Assembly (NCBI GenBank): GCA_002269645.1
Contig: NIVC01000752.1
Location: 1-19,183 of the forward strand
Source: Macrostomum lignano
Taxonomy: Eukaryota
Length of the DNA: 19,183 nucleotides
Direction: 5' to 3'
The notes under the pieces are model-generated. The model saw only the letters and a program-made list of their open reading frames with translations. It had not been told where the DNA came from and searched no databases. Shown here in pieces: positions 1 through 10,804 of the stretch. The position numbers and the translations under genes were made by a program. Within the stretch, counting starts at the first letter, position 1. Each line of letters begins with the position of its first letter.

Positions 1-216
1 CTCAGTATTGACACGGCCAGTGCAAACACATGCTCTGCTAGGGCTGGATTCGCATCGGTCAAGCTGCACTACCTAAGCCATTGTGCAGTGCGGCATTGAT
101 TGAAATTCTTGAAAATTATTGCCAACACTCAAGTCCGAGCAGCTGAGTGAAGTCAAGTTCTGCAATCAAGTGCGCGTCTCTAAGCATCTTAGCGAAGCGG
201 CGATCAACGGATTCTA

Positions 217-298
217 TCTGTCTGTCTTACTGTCTGTCTGTCTGTCTGTCTGTCTTAGTGTCTGTCTGTCTTATTGTCTGTCTGTCTGTCTGTCTTAG

Positions 299-331
<33 letters not shown>

Positions 332-430
332 TAGTGTCTGTCTGTCTTATTGTCTGTCTGTCTGTCTGTCTTAGTGTCTGTCTGTCTGTCTGTCTTAGTG
401 TCTGTCTGTCTTAGTGTCTGTCTGTCTTAG

Positions 431-467
<37 letters not shown>

Positions 468-470
468 TAG

Positions 471-503
<33 letters not shown>

Positions 504-518
504 TGTCTGTCTCTGTCT

Positions 519-567
<49 letters not shown>
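217..567. repeat. (TGTC)n microsatellite with recurrent TTAG interruptions
   Basis: Directly visible TGTC tetramers. Repeated TTAGTGTCTGTC is the reverse complement of GACAGACACTAA. Confidence 0.97.
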
Positions 568-1003
568 ATATCTAATTATCCCATCAGTGTTACGAGTATC
601 CGTCTCATTCCCAACCCCAGCAGCAGAAGCCTCAGACGCGTATACTTTAACAACACACGGCCATTTCTAGCGTATTTCTAGCGCGCTGCAAGCAGACTCA
701 GCAGCCGAAATGCGGACACGGATTGCGATGATGAATTATTGGGTGGCCACGAATTCACTATAATTGTAACATTATTTTATCCAGCTCGGTTCCCCTATAT
801 ACTAAAAGCATCGCATTTGCATGATCAGTTTGTCGGAATCCGGCAGTCTCGCACTTCTGCTCATAGCGGTCGGACTAACACTGCCGAGAAGATAACAAGC
901 AAAAATACAACCGTAATTCCATTCGTTTAAAAATAAAATTTCATATAGTAATTAGAAAAGGATTGTTGATAAATTTCTGTTAGCTATTTTCAAAGGAAAA
1001 CGG

Positions 1004-1009
1004 TTTATT
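1004..1009 (-). promoter_or_regulatory. Candidate AATAAA polyadenylation signal for the GPCR
   Basis: TTTATT on + is the first canonical hexamer I found downstream of the GPCR stop (about 615 nt away). The context is AT-rich, so chance is likely. Confidence 0.2.
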
Positions 1010-1237
1010 TTTCTAGTTTTTGATTATCGAAACAAGACGAAACTGCGAGTCCGTTTACAGTGCGATTCTGACTTACGAGCCGTAGTTTATAGTCGGGCTA
1101 CAATACCTAGATTTCTCTATCGTTTTGAGAAAAAGAACAAAGTTAGGAACCATTGGCTTCACACAGACAGAATTATTGATATGCATGTGGCTATCTTGGG
1201 CAGGAATGACAGGAAACTTTTTCTAGCTGTTAGAAAG

Positions 1238-1437
1238 GACACATTCAAGTCTTGGGAAGCGTTATCGAGTCTCAAGTGGCGCTTTTGGGTCCTAAGTGAC
1301 GCTTCAAAGTCTTGAGGGACGCTTCCGAGTCCCAAGTGATTCTTCCGAGTCCCAATTGACGCTTCAGAGTTCCAAGTGACGCTTCCGAGTCCCAAGTGAC
1401 GCTTCCGGGTCCTGAGCGACACTTCAAAATCCTGATC
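1238..1437. repeat. Degenerate 20-bp minisatellite, about 10 copies (consensus GACGCTTCCGAGTCCCAAGT)
   Basis: Units start at 1238, 1258, ... 1418 with a 20-bp period. Central copies are closest to consensus. Confidence 0.9.
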
Positions 1438-1623
1438 GACTCTGGTTACAGAAGTTTGGTCTGGTTACACAGTTTTACAACAGCTTGTTGTTATATTCAA
1501 GAGAAAGCAGAAAAAGTCACAACACAAAAGTCTTTTAAGCTCTTCTTTCCCGGCTCGCATTCGATTCCGACACGCCTGCTTCAGCGCAGGCTTGAGCAGC
1601 TGGCGGATCTGCTGTCAGTTCCG

Positions 1624-2808
1624 TCACTGCTCGCAGCGGCACCTGCAGGCCCTGCTGTAAATTCTGCGCAGCTCCTCTCTGAACTTCGAGTTCATCATGG
1701 CGTAGACGAAAAAGTTCAGCGACGTGTTCAAATAGAAAATGCGGTGCAGCGGCGAGTCCGGCAGCAGCTTGAAGTTGATGAGGATCATCGGCAGCATGCT
1801 GCCGTAGAACAGCACGGTGGCGCCGAACAGCATCCAGGCCAGCTTCTTGGGGAACCATGACTCGGTGGTGGCGGCGGCAGCGGCGGCGGCGGCGGTCGCC
1901 GACTGCGGCGGCAGCGCATTGCTGACGAAGCTGCTGCTGGGACACTCGGAGATGCCGTTAAACCCGGTTGGACCGTCGGCTGTCACCTGAAGCGAGCAGC
2001 TGGTCGGTTTTAAAGATGTTTCCAAAGCGTAGCTGGCGGTACCTTGAAGATTTTTGTCGCCAGCGCCGTCGCCACCGCCGCCGAGGTCCCCGCAGTTGCT
2101 GGTCGCGCCGACTTCGTCCGCCCTGGACAGCAGCGCCAGCGTCTGCTTGGTGACTTTGCGCTTCGAACTGCGCCGCCTCTCCATGGAGGCCACGAAGGTG
2201 AAAATTCTGATATAAAGCGACATGACAACCAGCACTGACAGGGTGCCGAGTGCGCCGTAGAAGTACAGCAGGTAGGACTCCAGCTGGAGCTTCAGGCCGC
2301 ACTGGTCTTCAATTAGGTAGTGGCTTGTCACGTTGCACACCTCTAGGAGCAGAAGACTCAGCGCGGCGGCGAACAGGGCGCATAGGGTCTTCTTGTAGGT
2401 AAGGCCTTGCTGACTGGCCTTCACGATGCACAGGTAGCGGTCCACTGCGATGAATACCAGAATCCAGGCCTCCATCTCGAACGCCGCATACCTGGACGAC
2501 AGAATCACGGTGCTGAACCAGTGATTAGTGGCCTTCAGCTCGTACTTGCTGGCCAGGTAGTCATTGTACACCCGGTAGCAGTCGGTGGGCAGCACCACTG
2601 CCGATATAAACAGATCCATGGCCGACAGTACCGTGATGAGGAAGCGCAGACTCTTCTCCCGACTGGAGGCGAACACGAGGATGACGTGGATGTTGCCGAA
2701 CAGTCCGAGCACGCCCAGGGTGGAGTAGAAAGCCAGAGAACCGATCGCTACTAGGGGAGACTCCGGCAGAGAGTGATCCGTGCACTGCGCATTTGTTGTG
2801 TTGCCCAT
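1624..2808 (-). CDS. Intronless rhodopsin-like (class A) 7TM GPCR, orphan/divergent, 394 aa
   Basis: ATG at 2808 (MGNTTNAQ, N-glycosylation sequon NTT). Seven hydrophobic segments: GN in TM1, LSAMD in TM2, DRY in TM3, Y5.58, FYGSMLP in TM6, NFFVY in TM7, helix 8 [11 protein letters not shown]-terminal CRCRC is a possible palmitoylation site. ICL3 is over 100 aa with poly-Ala. Confidence 0.92.
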   Translation of the reverse strand: MGNTTNAQCTDHSLPESPLVAIGSLAFYSTLGVLGLFGNIHVILVFASSREKSLRFLITVLSAMDLFISAVVLPTDCYRVYNDYLASKYELKATNHWFSTVILSSRYAAFEMEAWILVFIAVDRYLCIVKASQQGLTYKKTLCALFAAALSLLLLEVCNVTSHYLIEDQCGLKLQLESYLLYFYGALGTLSVLVVMSLYIRIFTFVASMERRRSSKRKVTKQTLALLSRADEVGATSNCGDLGGGGDGAGDKNLQGTASYALETSLKPTSCSLQVTADGPTGFNGISECPSSSFVSNALPPQSATAAAAAAAATTESWFPKKLAWMLFGATVLFYGSMLPMILINFKLLPDSPLHRIFYLNTSLNFFVYAMMNSKFREELRRIYSRACRCRCEQ

Positions 2809-3055
2809 TCGGAGCTGCTGGCTCGCTCGGGTCAGCGCGCTGCTCGTCTGTTTTCGTCGCAATTCGGGACGGGACTTTCAGAAACCATCGGTTTTTATAG
2901 GCCGCACTGCACACGGCCAGGCAGGGTCGTCTTGCGGATTGGCCGCCCAGCGAGCCCTCCAATGCGGCCGCGAAACTGCTGGGGAGTGCATTTTTGACAC
3001 TGTCATACAGTAAATTAGATACGGCGACGTGAAAAAGGAGACGGATAAACTCAGC

Positions 3056-3919
<864 letters not shown>

Positions 3920-4487
3920 GCCGACGCCTAGAAAGTCAGTCAGAGAAGCTAGAGAACGGAAATGTCACAAAGCGGCCGTAAATTCGCTCGCAAGGGCTCT
4001 CAACAAGCCATCTTTAATTGGGAGTTTCGACAGAGAGAAAGAGAAAGGAAGACGGAAAGAACCCGAGAGGAAACCGGGCGCAGAAGGATTGAGAAGGGCG
4101 TGAGGTGCGTTGGGCAGCAGTGAGCGAGTAGACAGAGTGCAAGTGGCAGAAGTGCTCACCCGAGTCTAAAGGATTGGCAGGGGCTGCTGTGTTTTTCCCT
4201 TCACAGATCGCACAGTAAGGGGGAACGAAGGCGCGATCCCCCTTGATTTATCCCCATTTGCGACCGAGTCGAAATCCCTAATTGGAAGAGGAAGGGTTGA
4301 TCGGGATCCGCTGGGCCGGCTTCGGCTTCGTCCCGAAGGGATTTTCATTTCTTCTCCGTTGCCGGAGTTTCCCAGCGTGTTGCCAGTGAGACCAGAAGCA
4401 GAGCCTGAAGCAGCAACTCTTCCCCCAAATTACTCATATTCAAACAGCTGTGGGCTGATTCTCTGTTCAAAAAGATCTTGCTTTCGA

Positions 4488-5446
4488 CGCTAGATTGGCG
4501 CTAAAATCTTGGCTGAGGCGCTAGATTGGCGCTAAAATCTTGGCTCACGCGCTAGATTGGCGCTAAAATCTTGGCTGAGTCACTAGATTGGCGCTAAAAT
4601 CTTGGCTGAGGCGCTAAATTGGCGCTAAAATCTTGGCTCACGCGCTAGATTGGCGCTAAAATCTTGGCTGAGTCACTAGATTGGCGCTAAAATCTTGGCT
4701 GAGGCGCTAAATTGGCGCTAAAATCTTGGCTCACGCGCTAGATTGGCGCTAAAATCTTGGCTGAGTCACTAGATTGGCGCTAAAATCTTGGCTGAGGCGC
4801 TAAATTGGCGCTAAAATCTTGGCTGAGGCGCTAAATTGGCGCTAAAATCTTGGCTGAGTCACTAGATTGGCGCTAAAATCTTGGCTGAGGCGCTAAATTG
4901 GCGCTAAAATCTTGGCTCACGCGCTAGATTGGCGCTAAAATCTTGGCTGAGTCACTAGATTGGCGCTAAAATCTTGGCTGAGGCGCTAGATTGGCGCTAA
5001 AATCTTGGCTTAGGCGCTAAATTGGCTCTAAAATCTTGGCTGAGGCGCTAAATTGGCGCTAAAATCTTAGCTGAGGCGCTAAATTGGCGCTAAAATCTTG
5101 GCTGAGGCGCTAAATTGGCGCTAAAATCTTGGCTCACGCGCTAGATTGGCGCTAAAATCTTGGCTGAGTCACTAGATTGGCGCTAAAATCTTGGCTGAGG
5201 CGCTAGATTGGCGCTAAAATCTTGGCTGAGGCGCTAGATTGGCGCTAAAATCTTGGCTGAGGCGCTAGATTGGCGCTAAAATCTTGGCTGAGGCGCTAGA
5301 TTGGCGCTAAAATCTTGGCTGAGGCGCTAGATTGGCGCTAAAATCTTGGCTGAGGCGCTAGATTGGCGCTAAAATCTTGGCTGAGGCGCTAGATTGGCGC
5401 TAAAATCTTGGCTGAGGCGCTAGATTGGCGCTAAAATCTCGGCGCT
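4488..5446. repeat. 31-bp minisatellite, about 31 copies, with 93-bp higher-order trimer
   Basis: Consensus GAGGCGCTAGATTGGCGCTAAAATCTTGGCT. Variant units (CACGCG.., GAGTCA..) recur every 93 bp in the left half. Confidence 0.97.
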
Positions 5447-5819
5447 CAGAAGAAGTTTGCTGTTAGAAGGTTTTCCACCCGGCCACTCGAATAAAACTGT
5501 GCATTTGTCAGCCGGTGCAACCTTACCCTGTAGTTATGAAATCGGATTTTAAAAGGGCTGATAAGAATCAGTGGCAACTAGCAACTGGCAGCTTCATCTA
5601 TTTAATTCATTTTCATTTTTCACTTTAACTAAAAGGAAGGCAAACTGCTTGGAGCCTCACTGTGGTGGCTTAGCCAAGAGGGAGGGGCGGCTGGAGTCAG
5701 GCGGCACAGAATTTAGGATTTTAATTTTTACAATTACGAGCGTATTTCTCAATAAATTAGTTAATAGTAGTAGGAACACAAATTCAAAAACAGAAATTTT
5801 ATCTTATTTTTTGCCTCTC

Positions 5820-6135
5820 GTTTGGCGGTTAAATCTCGCCTTAGGCGCTATATCGGCGCTAAAATCTCTTTTTCGATGGTAAACTGGTGCTAACTGGGCG
5901 CTAAATTGGCGCTAAAGTCTCACGTCTGGCTACATTGGCTAAATTGGCTAAATTGGCTAAAATCGACGAAAAATCGGCGTTAAATTTGCGCAAATTCGTC
6001 GCTGAATTGGTGCTAAATTGGCGCTGAATTAGTGCTAAATTGGCGCTAAATTGGCGCTAAATTGATGCTAAATTGGCGCTAAATTAGCGCTTTATTGGCG
6101 CCAAATAGGTGCTAAAATCTCACCTTTGGCATAAA
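5820..6135. repeat. Degenerate 11-bp GGCGCTAAATT repeat cluster related to the 31-bp unit
   Basis: Runs such as AAATTGGCGCTAAATTGGCGCTAAATTGATGCTAAATTGGCGCTAAATT at ~6036-6086. Confidence 0.85.
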
Positions 6136-6611
6136 ATTGGCTTCTGCCTCACTGCGGCTCGAGATGAAGAAGATGCTTCCGAGGCGCGATTCTGATGCCC
6201 GATTAGATGAAGCCAGTAGCAAACAGATTGACTTTCACACTCGAATTTTAATGCGAAGGGAATATTTAGTCTCGAGTTTAATTTCCAATTCGTCAGAAAA
6301 TATTTTTTGCGATCTGATGTGGCTACGAGATTGTTTATCGCCTCTGGGGATTACAGGCTGCTCAATTCTATATTGACCAATCCATTTCTACCGTTTTTTA
6401 CTAGCTCCATCGGAGAATCGGACGGGATCGTAGAGATGAAAGTAATTGAAGGTGGTGGGCATGGTAAAGATGTGGGGATAGAGGAGAGAGGAGGAGATTC
6501 GAGATTCGAGAGCATTGATAACATTAATGTTAGAGAGAAAAAAGAATTGAACTTAAAAATAGGAGAAGACTTAAGAAGGTGGGAGAAATTAGAGATAGGG
6601 AATTCGAAACA

Positions 6612-6932
6612 TAGGAGAGATTAGACATAGGTGAGATTAGAGATGGGAGAGATTAGAGATGGGAGAGATTAGAGATGGGAGAGATTAGAGATGAGAGAGA
6701 CTAGAGATAAGAGAGATTAGAATGGGAGAGTTTAGAGATGGGAGAGACTAGAATGGGAGAGTTTAGAGATGGGATAGTTTAGAGATGGGAGAATTTAGAG
6801 ATGAGAGAGATTAGAGATGGTAGAGATTAGACATGAAAGAGATTGGAATGGGAAAGATTAGAGATGGAAGAGATAAGAATGGGAGATTTTTGAGATGGAA
6901 GAGATTAGAATGGGAGATTTTAGAGATGGAAG
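6612..6932. repeat. Degenerate 16-bp purine-rich repeat GAGATTAGAGATGGGA
   Basis: About 20 imperfect copies, with 2-3 further copies at ~7108-7150. Confidence 0.88.
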
Positions 6933-7152
6933 AGGTTATTAACCAATTTTGAGCTGCAAAGCCAGTGCGAGCGACGTGGCACAGAGGGCGGTGCGCAGAT
7001 AAATAAACGGCGCACAAAGGCGGCACAAAGTACAGAGCGAGGAGGGGTGGATGGCTAACACCCATTTGACTCCAGGCTCACAAAGGAGCCCTAAGAGAAA
7101 TGGAGGCAGAGATGGGAGAGATTAGAGATGGGAGAGTTTAGAGATCGGAGAT

Positions 7153-8085
7153 AGACAGAGATCTCCCTATGAGAGAGACAGAGATCTCCCTATGAGAGAG
7201 ACAGAGATCTCCCTATGATACGAGAGAGACAGAGATCTCCCTATAAGAGAGACAGAGATCTCCCTATAAGAGAGACAGAGATCTCCCTATAAGAGAGATA
7301 GAGATCTCCCTATAAGAGAGACAGAGATCTCCCTATAAGAGAGACAGAGATCTCCCTATAAGAGAGATAGAGATCTCCATATAAGAGAGACAGAGATCTC
7401 CCTATAAGAGAGACAGAGATCTCCCTATAAGAGAGACAGAGATCTCCCTATAAGAGAGATAGAGATCTCCCTATAAGAGAGACAGAGATCTCCCTATAAG
7501 AGAGACAGAGATCTCCCTATAAGAGAGATAGAGATCTCCCTATAAGAGAGACAGAGATCTCCCTATAAGAGAGACAGAGATCTCCCTATAAGAGAGACAG
7601 AGATCTCCCTATAAGAGAGACGGAGATCTCCCTATAAGAGAGACGGAGATCTCCCTATAAGAGAGATAGAGATCTCCCTATAAGAGAGATAGAGATCTCC
7701 CTATAAGAGAGATAGAGATCTCCCTATAAGAGAGATAGAGATCTCCCTATAAGAGAGATAGAGATCTCCCTATAAGAGAGATAGAGATCTCCCCATAAGA
7801 GAGACAGAGATCTCCCTATAAGAGAGACAGAGATCTCCCTATAAGAGAGACAGAGATCTCCCTATAAGAGAGACAGAGATCTCCCTATAAGAGAGACAGA
7901 GATCTCCCTATAAGAGAGACAGAGATCTCCCTATAAGAGAGACAGAGATCTCCCTATGATACGATAGAGACAGAGATCTCCCTATGATACGAGAGAGACA
8001 GAGATCTCCCTATAAGAGAGACGGAGATCTCCCTATGATACGAGAGAGACAGAGATCTCCCTACAGAGAGAGAGAGAGAGAGAGA
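7153..8085. repeat. 23-bp minisatellite (AGAGATCTCCCTATAAGAGAGAC), about 39 copies, ending in (AG)n
   Basis: 23-bp period. Each unit carries the palindrome GAGATCTC. (AG)n at 8065-8085. Confidence 0.97.
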
Positions 8086-8144
8086 ACAAGGATCAGATGT
8101 AAGCACTATGGAAGAGCACAGTACCCGTGTTTTGAGCAGATTCA

Positions 8145-8207
8145 ATGTGGCATAGCAGCAATGCAGATTTGATGTGGCATAGCAGCAATGCAGATTTGAT
8201 GTGGCAG
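8145..8207. repeat. 27-bp tandem duplication (about 2.3 copies)
   Basis: ATGTGGCATAGCAGCAATGCAGATTTG twice, followed by ATGTGGCA. Confidence 0.9.
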
Positions 8208-8540
8208 GACGCCAGCTGAATCAGTGCTGAGGGAGCCGAGTGGCTGGGGAATCGATTTCCAGATTGCCTTGTTGGGCCAGTTCTCTGGGAAGCTGGGACA
8301 CCGGGTTCCCAGATTTCCGGATTCTACGGGAAATAATTTGAAGGAAATTCGATAATTTCACCGCCCGCGCCTCGAAAGACACGATCGAATAAAGGCGCTT
8401 GCAACGCGGAAGGTGCAAGCGAAGCCCGGGGCCGGACTCAGGGCGGGCATGCGTGTCCAACTCCATCAGTTTGATTGGGAGAACGGGTTTGTGAACTGTG
8501 TCCGGTTCAGCAGCCCCGATTGCCCGATTGCTGGGGTAGC

Positions 8541-9316
<776 letters not shown>

Positions 9317-9677
9317 CCCCGTTACTCCGTTCTGTGTTTCTCTGTGTTACGGCATTTTGGCCACCAAGCGAACGCAGCCTCTTCGTTTTGCACTTCGACA
9401 GCCGTGGGAACTTTTATGCTTGAAGGGCGTCCCACATTGAATTAAATGGGCCGCAAAATTTTATATTTGAACTGGCCGGAATTTGCAAGTAGCAGCAGCG
9501 CATGGATTCGAACTGACTAAGTTTATTGCCGTGGAATGCGAGTGCTGCAGCAGGGCCGGTGGATCCAAGCCAGCCAGCGCTTCGGAGAAAATAATTTTCT
9601 TAGAAGCCATAAATATTTACATGTGCTGCAGCCTGCGAAATAGAAGAAGGTGCATACACTATAAATACACTATAAAG

Positions 9678-10780
9678 ATACTAAGAGGACAGACACTGAG
9701 ACGACACTAGGACACACACTAAGACAGACACTAAGACAGACACTAGGACAGACACTAAGACAGACACTAAGAAAGATACTAGAACAGACACTAAGACAGA
9801 CACTAGGACAGACACTAAGACAGACACTAAGACAGACACTAGGACAGACACTAAGACAGACACTAAGACAGACACTAAGACAGACACTAGGACAGACACT
9901 AAGACAGATACTAGGACACACACTAAGACAGACACTAAGACAGATACTAGGACAGACACTAAGACAGATACTAGGACAGACACTAGGACAGACACTAGGA
10001 CAGACACTAAGACAGACACTAAGACAGACACTAAGACAGACACTAAGACAGACACTAGGACAGACACTAAGACAGACACTAAGAAAGATACTAGAACAGA
10101 CACTAAGACAGATACTAGGACAGACACTAGGACAGATACTAGGACAGACACTAGGACAGACACTAGGACAGACACTAAGACAGACACTAAGACAGACACT
10201 AAGACAGACACTAAGACAGACACTAGGACGCACACTAAGACAGACACTAAGACAGACACTAAGACAGACACTAAGACAGACACTAAGACAGACACTAAGA
10301 CAGACACTAAGACAGACACTAGGACAGACACTAAGACAGACACTAGGACACACACTAAGACAGACACTAAGAAAGATACTAGAACAGACACTAAGACAGA
10401 TACTAGGACAGACACTAGGACAGATACTAGGACAGACACTAGGACAGACACTAGGACAGACACTAAGACAGACACTAAGACAGACACTAAGACAGACACT
10501 AAGACAGACACTAGGACACACACTAAGACAGACACTAAGACAGACACTAAGACAGACACTAAGACAGACACTAAGACAGACACTAAGACAGACACTAGGA
10601 CAGACACTAAGACAGACACTAGGACAGACACTAGGACAGACACTAAGACAGACACTAAGACAGACACTAGGACAGACACTAAGACAGACACTAGGATACA
10701 CACTAAGACAGACACTAAGACAGATACTAGAACAGACACTAAGACAGACACTAGGACAGACACTAGGACAGACACAGACA
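9678..10780. repeat. 12-bp minisatellite GACAGACACTA(A/G), about 90 copies
   Basis: Strict 12-bp period. This is the source of the SVCP/VLVS ORFs in the track. Confidence 0.97.
10771..10780. repeat. Target-site duplication, left copy (GACACAGACA), at the 3' end of the retrotransposon
   Basis: The identical 10-mer lies at 13343-13352. This copy abuts the (TA)n tail at 10781-10790. Confidence 0.8.
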
Positions 10781-10804
10781 TATATATATAAGGACGCAAA
10801 GATA

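Noticed and set aside
147-681. SVCL-repeat ORFs (also 2561-3522 and 9670-10799)
   Set aside because: These are translations of stop-free microsatellite and minisatellite frames, with no coding evidence.
1396-2754. Overlapping ORFs in other frames or antisense to the GPCR (likewise those over the RT and over 17084-18849)
   Set aside because: These are shadow ORFs of GC-rich coding DNA with no recognisable motifs.
2809-2862. 18-aa N-terminal extension of the GPCR in the ORF track
   Set aside because: It starts at TTG. The first ATG is at 2808 and gives a typical NTT-glycosylated N-terminus.
4488-5446. CRISPR-like array (also the 23-bp and 30-bp arrays)
   Set aside because: The units are contiguous with no unique spacers, there are no cas genes, and the context is eukaryotic.
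7075-7095. Hairpin GGCTC-ACAAAG-GAGCC followed by CTAA as a Helitron 3' end
   Set aside because: The stem is only 5 bp, there is no spacing before the CTRR, and I could not identify a 5' TC end.
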